Source: Diplonema japonicum (lineage: Eukaryota; Protista; Euglenozoa: Diplonemea). Taken from it: a DNA stretch of 64,000 nucleotides. The stretch spans positions 186,001 through 250,000 of the forward strand of contig OZ025658.1 in assembly GCA_964019335.1 (NCBI GenBank), read 5' to 3'. Below are positions 35,461-45,195 of this stretch, one piece after another; the stretch's first letter is position 1; each line of letters starts with the position of its first letter. A program made the position numbers and the translations under genes. The notes beneath the pieces were generated by a model. It saw only the letters and a program-made list of their open reading frames with translations, ran no database searches and was not told the origin of the DNA.

Positions 35461-38400
35461 CTAAAACATGAAGACCTCCTTGTGGAAGTCGAACTTGTGG
35501 GCGAAGGCGGCAGCCTCGACGTCGTCGACGAGGAGGGCGGGTCCGCAGGCGAAGACGGCTGTCTTCTTCCCGTCGCACTCTGTGAGGAGCTTCTCCCAGT
35601 CGGGGCGGCCCGTCTTCAGGGGGAGCTCGTACACGGGGTCCTCGCCGTCGTCGGATTGCTGCACCTCGAGGTACTCCTTCGTGTTCTCCTTCTCCGTGTT
35701 GTGCAGCTCCCACTGGACCTCCGTCCCCGCCTTCGAGGTCACGGACGCCTTGTGCAGCGCTGCGAGCTCCTTCGAGAAGGGGGCGAACCCTTCCGCCCCG
35801 CGGCCCGACCACACCATCGACACCACGCAGCCTCCCGAACCCTCCACGGGCTCCGTCGCCTTCTTGTTGTTCACCATGTGGTCCACGAAGGCCAGCGCGG
35901 GGGTGATCCCCACCCCGCCCGTGCACAGCACAATGCGCTCGTACCCGCCCGTCAGGAACGGGAGAGACGGCGCCCCGAACGGTCCCTGCACGCGCACCTT
36001 CCAGTCCGGCGACGCCTGCGCCACCAGGTGCGTGAAGCTCGCCGCCGACGGCCCCATGTCCTTCACGAACAGCGAGAACTCCGTCCTCCCGTCCTCCCTC
36101 GCCTCTCCCCTGCTGGCGATGGAGAAGGGGTGCCACTGCTGCGCGCAGGCTGCCCCCGGGAGCCCGGTCCCGTTGAACGACAGGTTCACGAGCACGTACT
36201 GCAGAGGCTCGAAGGTGAAGCCCCTCTTCGCGATGGTGAGCTTCGTCACCCCCGCACGCGGCTCCACCTTCACCAGGTTCGTCGCGGTGCAGAAGGCCGC
36301 CGCGTGGCGCCCGAAGACGTCGATCACGTACAGGAAGAGCGGGATCACCATGAAGATCATGAGGGACGGGTAGTGGATCCAAGCGAGGGGGAAGACCACC
36401 GCGTACAAGCTGTGCGTCACCACGAACACGTACCAGTGGTTCCTGCGCACCCAGCTCAGCGAGGTCACCGCCATCAGCGTCATCGCAATCCAGGCAATGA
36501 GACCCGCGAGGGGAGGGCCGTGGGGCCAGCCGATCGTCCACGCGACCAAGCGCTCCGCCGCCTTGCGCGCAGCGCGGGTGTGCCCCGCCCCGTTGATGTA
36601 CACCGCGTTCCCCTGGGCATCGTTCCCCGTGAACGTCCCGAGGAGCCAGTAGCGGTAGTGCGCCACCCACATCCCGAAGCCGTGCACCAGGGTGAGGACC
36701 CAGATCCAGCCACCGATCTTCCTGTGGAAGGCGAGGGCGCGCTCGAACGGGATCCCGAACACCCACAGGAGCAGGCTGTTGCGCGACACGGGAAGCAGCT
36801 GCACGCACAGCAGACCCGTCACCACACCGCCGATCCCACGCGGAATATCCCCGACAAGGTTGTTGATCTCAGAGTGGTTCCACACGTACATGAAGCACAG
36901 CAGGCACCACCCGATCAGCCACAGCGACATCACCACCTCGCCCCAGCGCAAGCGCAGCGGGATCGGGGAGATCGAGTCGATCTCTTCCAAGGGACCACCG
37001 GTCGCGAACGGCTTCACAGGAGAGCCCTGCACCTTCCCCTTCAGCAGGAACCCCATCACCATCAGGAACAGGAGGAGGCCCACCCAGGCTGCGATGAGCC
37101 CCGCGATCGTCGCACCCTTCGACCCCCTCCACTCGAAGTACAGGTGTCCGCCGCGGGTCTTTCTGTTCCCGTCCTCCATCTTCATCCACACAAAGTACGG
37201 GAAGTTCGTGCGCGTGCAGGACTGCTGCCCGAGACACCCCGCCCCGTCGATGACGCCCCTGGTCCAACCACTACTGCGAGCAACGACGCCACCACTGTCC
37301 CCACCACCGTCCCCACCGTCCCCACCAGTGGTGGTGCCATCACCACCGTCCGCAGCCTGCAGCATGGAACCCAGGCGGTTGTTGGTCGTCGTCGCCGCTG
37401 TCGACACCTCTGCCGCGTTAACCACAGGGTACGAGAGGGCCAGGGGTTGTCCAGAGGCCGGGAGCCCGTCGGCGAAAGCCTCCCCAAGGGGATCCGTCCC
37501 CGCAGGCGCCGAGTAGGAGGTGCTGTCGTACTGCAGAACGAACTCCACGTACATGGACCCAGCGGTGAGCCCCGTCCGCGTCGTCGTCACGGCACCGGGC
37601 TGCGCGGCCCTCCCCAACCTCGTCAGGATCTGCGCCCTGTTCTGGCAGGAGGAGGTCGGAACCGCCCCGTTCGCGTCCACCGTGCAGAGCTTGTTCACAA
37701 CGAGGGTGTACAGGGGCGTGTTGCTGTTGGTCGTCGTCGTTGACCCACCACCGGTCGTCGTCCCGTCACCACCGTCACCCCCGGTCGTCGTCGTCCCGTC
37801 ACCACCGTCGGCAGTTGTGTCACCACCAGTCGCCGTCGTCCCGTCGCCACCGTCGGCAGTTGTGTCACCACCAGTCGCCGTGGTCCCATCGCCAGTCGCC
37901 CCGTCACCGTAGTTGGCCGTTGTTCGTGCAACCCTGCCGTTCGAGTCACCGTCAGCAGTAGTGGTGTCACCACCGTCGGCGGTTGCGGTGTCGCCACCGT
38001 CGGCGGTTGTCCCGTCACCGCCACCATCGGCTCCATCGCCGGTGTTCGTTGCGCCGCCCGAGGTCGGTGTCGTGGTGGTGGTGGACCTCGTCGTCGGTGC
38101 GGTGAGGTTGTTGTGAAGGCCTTGGCCTACGAACGTAGCGTTCGCGGTGTTCCAGAAACCGTCGTAGGCAGCAGCGAGGAGCGTGTTGTTCGCGAGGAGC
38201 GCGGCGAGGTCCCCGGTCACGGTCACCCCGATCGCGGACGTGTGCAGGACCGCCACCTGCTGCTGCACGGCAACGCTCCCGGCAACGACAGAAAGGCCGC
38301 CAAGGGGAAGCGAGTAGTTGTAGTTCGCCATCACAGCAGCCACAGCAGCCTGCACGCTGGACGAGGACACCCCCCTCACGGTGAGCTGAAGGTGGGCCCT

Positions 38401-39816
38401 CCCGGGAGTCGCCGCCGCCTGCAGCACAACAGCAACACCGTGCGTGGTCGTGGCGGGAGGGGTGAGCTTCGTCCCCAGCTCCGTCCCGGTCGAGCACGTG
38501 GTCGAGTTGTATGCCCCGTCCTGCCTCCAGTCGCAGATGCTGCTGATGCTCGTCTGCAGACCGGAGAAGGCCCCGGTCGTCGTCGTCGTCGTCGTCGTCG
38601 TCGACCCACTGTCGCCGTCGCCCGCCGTCGCCGTTCCGTCCCCGCCGTCAGCAGTAGTAGTCCCGTCCCCACCGTCGGCCGTAGTGGTACCGTCCCCACC
38701 GTCGGCCGTAGTGGTACCGTCGCCGTCCTGAGACACACGCCCATGCCTCCTGCTTGCGTCCCCAACAGCGGCGTCCCCGCCATCAGCGGTAGTAGTCCCG
38801 TCCCCACCGTCGGCCGTAGTGGTACCGTCCCCACCGTCGGCCGTAGTAGTCCCGTCACCACCACCGTCAGCGGTCCCCCCCGTGTTCGTGTTCGTGTTCG
38901 TAGAGGTGGGTGCGGCGGCCGTGCTGCCTGTGAGCTGCGTCACGTGCGCAAGGAACTCGTTCGCCACCGTGCGCACAAGCGCGTCGTCCGACCAAAAGGA
39001 CTCGTAGGTCCCGGCGAGGGTCACGTCAACGGAGATGATGGACTGCGGGGCAACAGAGGCGGGGACGGTGGTGACGCGCGGCGCACCGTCAGGGGAGAAC
39101 CCGTACCCACCGAAGGTCTCGTCGGGGCGCACAGCGGCCACCGCAACCGTCGCAGCCTGGAACACAGCGTTTGCGTCAGAGCCGGTGAAGTCAATCTCGA
39201 CGTAGATCTCGCCCACCGCCACCAGCACCCGTCCGTGTCTCATGTTCCCGTCCCCGTCCGTACCACCGCCGTCAGCAGCCCCATCGGCGCCATCAGCCGT
39301 CGCCGCCCCATCCCCACCGTCGGCGGCGTCCCCGGTGTTGGTGTTGTACGCCTGGGTGATCTGAGCGCGCGACTCGCACGATCCCCAGTTCCCCCAAGCC
39401 ACAGCCGTCACGTTGCAGATCCTGTCCACCACCACAGAGATGCTTCCGGTAGACGAGGAGGTGGTGGTGGTGGTGGTACCGTCACCGTCCGCTCCCGTTG
39501 CCCCGTCGGCCCCTGTTGCTCCGTCGGCCCCTGTGTCGCCGTATTCCAGGGCACGCGCCGTCCTCTTCGTCCCGCCCAACGCGACCCCGAACCTCTGCTC
39601 CACCTCCGTCAGGAGAGCCATCAACTTCGTGTGGTTCGACTGCAGCGTGCTGAACTGCCCTTGGAGCACCAGCCCCACCGTCGCCGTGTTTGTGGTCGCC
39701 GAACTAGGCGACGCAGGTCCCAGGTCGGAACGCTCAACCCGCACAATCCCCGCAATGAAGAACCCTATCCACATCCCCAGCAGGATGAGGGCTGGTATCA
39801 GCTTTAGTGCTGCCAT
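35461..39816 (-). CDS. Ferric reductase/NOX-family protein (copy A); true start is ATG 39816
   Basis: Same protein as 29432..33787. The ORF-track extension to 40392 overlaps the PPR gene and is spurious. Confidence 0.93.
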   Translation of the reverse strand: MAALKLIPALILLGMWIGFFIAGIVRVERSDLGPASPSSATTNTATVGLVLQGQFSTLQSNHTKLMALLTEVEQRFGVALGGTKRTARALEYGDTGADGATGADGATGADGDGTTTTTTSSSTGSISVVVDRICNVTAVAWGNWGSCESRAQITQAYNTNTGDAADGGDGAATADGADGAADGGGTDGDGNMRHGRVLVAVGEIYVEIDFTGSDANAVFQAATVAVAAVRPDETFGGYGFSPDGAPRVTTVPASVAPQSIISVDVTLAGTYESFWSDDALVRTVANEFLAHVTQLTGSTAAAPTSTNTNTNTGGTADGGGDGTTTADGGDGTTTADGGDGTTTADGGDAAVGDASRRHGRVSQDGDGTTTADGGDGTTTADGGDGTTTADGGDGTATAGDGDSGSTTTTTTTTTGAFSGLQTSISSICDWRQDGAYNSTTCSTGTELGTKLTPPATTTHGVAVVLQAAATPGRAHLQLTVRGVSSSSVQAAVAAVMANYNYSLPLGGLSVVAGSVAVQQQVAVLHTSAIGVTVTGDLAALLANNTLLAAAYDGFWNTANATFVGQGLHNNLTAPTTRSTTTTTPTSGGATNTGDGADGGGDGTTADGGDTATADGGDTTTADGDSNGRVARTTANYGDGATGDGTTATGGDTTADGGDGTTATGGDTTADGGDGTTTTGGDGGDGTTTGGGSTTTTNSNTPLYTLVVNKLCTVDANGAVPTSSCQNRAQILTRLGRAAQPGAVTTTRTGLTAGSMYVEFVLQYDSTSYSAPAGTDPLGEAFADGLPASGQPLALSYPVVNAAEVSTAATTTNNRLGSMLQAADGGDGTTTGGDGGDGGGDSGGVVARSSGWTRGVIDGAGCLGQQSCTRTNFPYFVWMKMEDGNRKTRGGHLYFEWRGSKGATIAGLIAAWVGLLLFLMVMGFLLKGKVQGSPVKPFATGGPLEEIDSISPIPLRLRWGEVVMSLWLIGWCLLCFMYVWNHSEINNLVGDIPRGIGGVVTGLLCVQLLPVSRNSLLLWVFGIPFERALAFHRKIGGWIWVLTLVHGFGMWVAHYRYWLLGTFTGNDAQGNAVYINGAGHTRAARKAAERLVAWTIGWPHGPPLAGLIAWIAMTLMAVTSLSWVRRNHWYVFVVTHSLYAVVFPLAWIHYPSLMIFMVIPLFLYVIDVFGRHAAAFCTATNLVKVEPRAGVTKLTIAKRGFTFEPLQYVLVNLSFNGTGLPGAACAQQWHPFSIASRGEAREDGRTEFSLFVKDMGPSAASFTHLVAQASPDWKVRVQGPFGAPSLPFLTGGYERIVLCTGGVGITPALAFVDHMVNNKKATEPVEGSGGCVVSMVWSGRGAEGFAPFSKELAALHKASVTSKAGTEVQWELHNTEKENTKEYLEVQQSDDGEDPVYELPLKTGRPDWEKLLTECDGKKTAVFACGPALLVDDVEAAAFAHKFDFHKEVFMF

Positions 39817-39922
39817 GTTGCAGGTAGTTCGAACCTCTGAACTTGTCAACTGTTGTAAGAAAAAAAAAGCAACCTGCCAGATAAGTAAACAACGAGAAGG
39901 TAAAAATGAGGAAGCAAATAAA

Positions 39923-40933
39923 CTAAACGGCAAGCTCCCCGATGAGGGAGAGAAGCGAAGGCGTAGCACGGACACCGCTCGAAGCGAACGTGTCAGCGAG
40001 GCGATGCACGGAAACGGTGTCACCTGCTTGTGAATAGAGTTTGATACCCAGCTCCCAGAAAGGGGCGTACTTTGGGTACTCGTACAAGGCAGCATCGAGA
40101 AGAACATCCCATTTCTGAGGACGGGTCCGGGCAGCAAGATGACAGTGTAAGGCAAACTCATACATGCCACGTGACGGGGCACCTTCGTACCGCTTGAAGC
40201 AGATGTGAAGCGCAGTCGTGTAGTCGCCAGCATTGTAGTAAACACGTGCGAGGTAGAGATAAAGAGAAGCAGTACCGAAAGAGGAGACATATCTTTGAAA
40301 GACACGTTCACCATATTGAACATCACGTAGCCGTGCGCAGACGAGGAGAAGCGTAAGAGGAACGGCCTCTGTGACAGGCTTGATATTAGCAAGAATCTCC
40401 TCGGCTGTGGATACTGATGAAGAGCAGCTGGCGAGCGCTGAGTATAAATCGTCGGTCATCTCTATGCCATTGTCGAGCATCTCTTGGTGGATTTCAGTGC
40501 CAGCGGCTTGGTCTGAGGTGAGTGAGGTGGCTTTGAGCAAAGCTAGGTAACAAGATTTGTTTGGTGTTACACCTGCAAGCTCCATTTTCGACCAGATATA
40601 AGGCACTCTGTCACTCCTGCCCCCGATGACGAAGGCGTGGAGAAGCGTGGCGAATGAATACGGTGTGGGTTTCAACCCGTTCTCAACCATTGTCCAGTGA
40701 ACCTGCTCCGCCTGCTTGGGTCGTTTTCGCCTCCCAAGTTCGTGCATCACTGCAGAATAAGTCTTGGTTCCAACCTCCCAGCCTATTTTTTTCATCGCTT
40801 TGACTTCTTGCAGCATTTCCGCAGCGGAGTCGGCACGCCGGCCGTCGTTCCTCCACCATGCCGCAAGAATGCGCTTGGCGCACTCCTTATCGCTCCGTGG
40901 CTTGCATTGCAATACCTGCGCTGCTTTAAACAT
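39923..40933 (-). CDS. Pentatricopeptide repeat (PPR) protein
   Basis: TYSAVM..L, M.ENGLKPT..SFATLL and M.LAGVTPN..CY.ALL PPR-type repeats. Confidence 0.85.
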   Translation of the reverse strand: MFKAAQVLQCKPRSDKECAKRILAAWWRNDGRRADSAAEMLQEVKAMKKIGWEVGTKTYSAVMHELGRRKRPKQAEQVHWTMVENGLKPTPYSFATLLHAFVIGGRSDRVPYIWSKMELAGVTPNKSCYLALLKATSLTSDQAAGTEIHQEMLDNGIEMTDDLYSALASCSSSVSTAEEILANIKPVTEAVPLTLLLVCARLRDVQYGERVFQRYVSSFGTASLYLYLARVYYNAGDYTTALHICFKRYEGAPSRGMYEFALHCHLAARTRPQKWDVLLDAALYEYPKYAPFWELGIKLYSQAGDTVSVHRLADTFASSGVRATPSLLSLIGELAV

Positions 40934-41034
40934 CCTATGCGTGAAGGGTGGGGGGGGGGGGGACAAAACAAACCGATCGAACATAAAAGTTTAAAAGAGG
41001 AACACCGTGTAAACAGCAACAAGAACGGGGAGGG

Positions 41035-41077
<43 letters not shown>

Positions 41078-41081
41078 TGGA

Positions 41082-41855
41082 TCATTTCACACCCATAACC
41101 GATCGCAAGAAGAACATCGCCGACATTTTCTTAGCATGGTACACAGGGATGTTGCACCCTGTGATGTCCATCTCGGTTATGTTCTTGTTCTGCTTGACGA
41201 TGAGGAGCAAGACACGTCCCGCGGTTGCAGCTAGATACCTGTTGCTGGCTAAGGACAATGAGGTGAGGTGCGGTGTTGACGCAACAAGGCTGGTTAAGGC
41301 AGGAAGGGTTTCTTCACGAAGATCATTCCAAGACAAGTCCAGCGTCGTCAGGGAAGGGTGCCCTGCTAGCGCGGAGATAAGAGGAATCGACCCGTAAGGC
41401 CCCAGAATGTGCCCTGAAAAGTCAGCCGACACAGTTTCCTTTGTTAGAGACGCAAGTTTCTTCAAAATGGTGCGGTTTACCTTAGGTCGCTTCTCTTCGT
41501 CATCAGTGATGTGGCATAGACAGCCTCGTAAGTACTTTTGCTGGTATTCTGTTCCTGTGACAACTTCTTCTGGTACCGTCAGGCTTTCCAAGCATTCTAT
41601 TTCCTCGTCGATGGTTTTTGTCTCTATGGCTCTCTTCAGGAAGGCGTCGCATTTTACTATGGGGCGGACCTTCACCGTTTCGCCTCTTTCTTCGAAGTCG
41701 AAGAGGCAGCGCTCCTTGAGTTTTTCCTTCACGCCTTCCTGCTCCACCGCTTTTGCCAGCAGCTTGATAACTTCGTCTATTTCCAGCATCTCGTTTGCAT
41801 CTGCGTTGTTATCGATGCCGAGCGTGGTTTGGATTTTCTTAAGGCTGTACCTCAT
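41082..41855 (-). CDS. RNI-like leucine-rich repeat protein
   Basis: LTTLDLSWNDL, LTSLSLASN and ITEMDITGC repeats. Confidence 0.8.
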   Translation of the reverse strand: MRYSLKKIQTTLGIDNNADANEMLEIDEVIKLLAKAVEQEGVKEKLKERCLFDFEERGETVKVRPIVKCDAFLKRAIETKTIDEEIECLESLTVPEEVVTGTEYQQKYLRGCLCHITDDEEKRPKVNRTILKKLASLTKETVSADFSGHILGPYGSIPLISALAGHPSLTTLDLSWNDLREETLPALTSLVASTPHLTSLSLASNRYLAATAGRVLLLIVKQNKNITEMDITGCNIPVYHAKKMSAMFFLRSVMGVK

Positions 41856-42280
41856 GTTCTTTTTTTTTTCTTTTGTTCCTTTTTTTTTTTTTTTTCTAGC
41901 CGTTCTCTCTCCCCCCCCTCGGCACTCCCTTTCTTTTTTTTTTTAAAGCTTTTACTGTAAAGATGAGAATGAAAAAAAGTCTTATCCCGTCCGGGCATTT
42001 TTTTTGTCAGCCCGACATTCCCCCCCCCCCCCCCCCCCCTCCCCCACTTTACAGCATTCATTTTTTTTGAGGGAAAAAATAATTACTTTGATGGGGAGAA
42101 AGAGAGGGGGGGGAAAAAACTACAAAAAAAAAAAGATGAAATAGAATGACACCATAACGTATAGCAAAAGGAAAAGGAAAAAAAAAAAAAAAAAAAAACA
42201 ATATGGTAAAAAAAGAAAGAAAAAAAAAAAAAAGAAGAAAAAAAAAACATGTCGTTTTGGTTTTTCGCTCGTAGCAAGGG

Positions 42281-42315
<35 letters not shown>

Positions 42316-42380
42316 GCAGAAGCAAATCCTTACTCGGCACAAAAGAAATACGAGGTTATTATCATTACTGTTTTTTTTTT

Positions 42381-42411
<31 letters not shown>

Positions 42412-42421
42412 CTACCATTAA

Positions 42422-43006
42422 CCATTAAGCCCACAGGCAAAAAACCGAAAAAAGCCCATTTTTGAGGCGATTCCAAAGAATTCAAAAAAATGGCAGCATT
42501 TAACCATACAAGTGTTCTTTTTACGGAGAAATTTTGTCGATTTTGCGGCGCTCCAGGTGGTTGTTTGTGAATGCTGTCAGGCATCGGAGGGTGTATGGTG
42601 TAAAAAACGAATAAAAAAGCTGGAGAGGGCTCTTCCCTGTTGGGTCGTCTGCTGGTTCGATTACAGTGCCTCTTTCCACCCCATTTCTTCCAATTCTTCC
42701 ACACTTTCCTCCCCCCAAGCACTACTAGACTCAGAACTACCATTTTCTGACATTTCTTCGCATTCTTCATCACTCACGACCAGCCCTCTGCTCCAGTCGA
42801 GTATTCTTCATTCTAAAATCATTTTTCCCCGGATTTTCGACCTCTCAAATTCTTAAATTGCTGAAAAAGGGCAGCATTTAGCCAAACAAAGTGGAAAAAA
42901 TCGCGCAATGGCGTCAGTGAAAGGAAGGTCATAATTTGACCAAAAGGCCTATAGATCTTTTCTTTTTTTTTTTATGTCATATATATATGACATGTGGGTT
43001 AATGGT
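42422..43006 (-). mobile_element. Internally deleted piggyBac-like DNA transposon
   Basis: TTAA at 42418-21 and 43007-10; imperfect TIR CCATTAA(G)CCCACA; internal acidic tract plus SPLQLFYSFFT...LTAFTNNH, resembling the start of the piggyBac DDE domain. Confidence 0.65.
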
Positions 43007-43025
43007 TTAAAAAAAAAAAAAAAAA

Positions 43026-43967
43026 TCATTCCTTAGGTTTTTCATCCTTTAGCTGCGCCATAACGGTGTCAAACGAGTGGTCGGTGGCCTTCCACGTAAC
43101 GGCAACCTCATTGTACAGCTCCTCAGACCACCCATAGTTTCTGGAAGGCCCGAAACGGGTAACAGTCCAGTTGCGTGATATTAAATCATCGATAAGATGC
43201 TCGCAGTGGATGTGCCCCCAGCAGACGGCAATCGATTCAGCAGCAGGGTTGTCACTATACATAGAAACGTCTTCCTCAAGAAGCCCTCGAAGGACACGGC
43301 CACAATGGTCGGTCCGACCGTGGACTATAAAAAAATCACGTTCGTCTTTATCCTCAATCGCCATGACTTTGTCTCTGTTAACATCGCTGTTGTGTACCTT
43401 AAGAGGCGAGGAAAGAACAACACGAGGCTTAAAATAAAGCTCTTGATGCACCAAGCCAAGCTGTTTCGCCTCCGTGTAAGGAACATAAGTAGCTTCAAAT
43501 AGGTCTTCTTCTTCTTGTTGGGCGAAGTGTGAGTTGTTTTCAATTTGAGATGAAAGATGTTGACGTGCTGAGGGGTCGACTGCCACTCTCATACAGGTGT
43601 TTTTTTCGTGTTGTCTTAGTTCGTCGTTGTCCATGACTCCCTCCATCAGGATTAGGTAGTGTTCATCCTTCTTCACTTCCTCCAGAACGGAGTTGAAGAA
43701 TGCTTCAGATGCTATGTGTTGCATTGGTATCAGAGTGACTTTCTTCCCGTCTTTTTCAAGGACGGTTTGCATTGACAGGAATTTCGTGAACGTTTTGCTG
43801 TCGACGGCGTCGAAGAAGTCGTCTCGTGCCCCGCTGCTGCACCATCTTGTTGCGTTCCCCCTCCACGGCCGGCTGTCTACCCGCTGCACGTTATTATTAC
43901 ATTGCCGCCCTGATGGGGACACCCTCTTCAACACCCCGAACGCCCTCCTCGTCACCGCACGATACAT
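43026..43967 (-). CDS. Hypothetical protein with an Arg-rich, mitochondrial-presequence-like N-terminus
   Basis: 313-aa ORF starting MYRAVTRRAFGVLKR. Confidence 0.75.
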   Translation of the reverse strand: MYRAVTRRAFGVLKRVSPSGRQCNNNVQRVDSRPWRGNATRWCSSGARDDFFDAVDSKTFTKFLSMQTVLEKDGKKVTLIPMQHIASEAFFNSVLEEVKKDEHYLILMEGVMDNDELRQHEKNTCMRVAVDPSARQHLSSQIENNSHFAQQEEEDLFEATYVPYTEAKQLGLVHQELYFKPRVVLSSPLKVHNSDVNRDKVMAIEDKDERDFFIVHGRTDHCGRVLRGLLEEDVSMYSDNPAAESIAVCWGHIHCEHLIDDLISRNWTVTRFGPSRNYGWSEELYNEVAVTWKATDHSFDTVMAQLKDEKPKE

Positions 43968-44124
43968 TTTCTCTTTTCTTTTTTCAACTGATCTCTTATC
44001 CTCACCCTGTAAAGTTTGCGTATTGGGAAGGGGGGGGGAATGGAAAATGGTACATGGGTTGGGAAAGGGGGTCGGTGTACAGGTACAAACATAAACAAAA
44101 GAATAAAAAAAGGGGTCATCATCA

Positions 44125-45015
44125 TCATGCCGCTCGTTCTAATCGGGTTCGAATTTTCACCCTTGCAGTCTCCAGAGCCCTTTCATGCCGCCTGATGCTG
44201 CCTTCCCAACCATCCTCAGAAGACAGCACATAGTTGAAATCATCACGCACCGCCGACTTGACTGTGGTAAAGTCGCTATTGATGTCTGTGGTGGTATTAG
44301 AAGTAACGGGGGCACGGGCATGGACTGGCATAGGGGTTGGTGCTGGGGTGGTCAATGGTTCAGGCGGGGTAGGGGGGTGCCGCACTGGTCTTGCGAGGGC
44401 TTCCTTCATCGCACGATGTACAAGCTCCGCCTCCAGATTGTTCGCCACCATCTCCTGCTGAAGGGAATGGTCCGCAAGGGCACTCTTCGCAGCTTGCATG
44501 TGAAGCAGCTTCTTTTGATGAAGCAGCAGTTCCTCCTCCCGCAGCTTCAACAGCGTCATCTTCTCCCCTTCCAAAGCCATCATCGACGTTGCAAGGTTCT
44601 CAATCTGGTCTTGCTGCGCCATGATCACGTAGTCCTTCTCGTGGACGTTGACCTCTCTCACCATGGCTCGGTGCCTGTCGGGGTTTCCTATGGGCAGCGT
44701 GCTCATCCGGCATCTTCCTACCATTTCTTGAGCTTTTGCTTCCCACGCGTGGCCTTCCCATCTTCGTTTTGTGGGAGGTGCGTCTGGGGGTTTCGGTGCC
44801 CCCCCCAGGCGCCTGCCCCCCATGCTAACTAAAGTTCCTGGTGCAGTGGCGTGTTCTATGTGTGACACACTCCTAGAGTCCAAGCTCACACCTGACTCAG
44901 TGACAGCACCTCCCACCCACCTGCCTCTTTCTCTCTCCACCTTCATGTCCCCGCCCAGACCATCTAGGTACTGATCAATATCAGAACATCTATACAACGG
45001 GAGGGACGACAGCAT
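44125..45015 (-). CDS. Hypothetical coiled-coil protein
   Basis: ORF from ATG 45015 (MLSSLPLYRC) with a central coiled coil. Confidence 0.7.
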   Translation of the reverse strand: MLSSLPLYRCSDIDQYLDGLGGDMKVERERGRWVGGAVTESGVSLDSRSVSHIEHATAPGTLVSMGGRRLGGAPKPPDAPPTKRRWEGHAWEAKAQEMVGRCRMSTLPIGNPDRHRAMVREVNVHEKDYVIMAQQDQIENLATSMMALEGEKMTLLKLREEELLLHQKKLLHMQAAKSALADHSLQQEMVANNLEAELVHRAMKEALARPVRHPPTPPEPLTTPAPTPMPVHARAPVTSNTTTDINSDFTTVKSAVRDDFNYVLSSEDGWEGSIRRHERALETARVKIRTRLERAA

Positions 45016-45195
45016 TTTCTTTTTTTCGGGGGAGGTTTTTTTTTTCTTTTTTTTTTTTTTGGTTTCCCTCTTCCCCCCCCCTGCCCCTCCCACTGACAAG
45101 GTGACGGTTATAAAGGAATCAGGTATGTTGGGGGGGGGAAGGGGAAATTTTACACTTTCTTCTTTTCCTTTTTTTTTTTTGTTTTTGTTTTTTTT

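Noticed and set aside
29372-39807. Long plus-strand and alternate-frame ORFs (780, 763, 564 aa, etc.)
   Set aside because: They are shadows of the GC-rich NOX/FRE CDSs with no domain-like content.
39817-40392. N-terminal extension making a 1643-aa NOX
   Set aside because: It overlaps the PPR gene in another frame, and identity with copy B begins exactly at ATG 39816.
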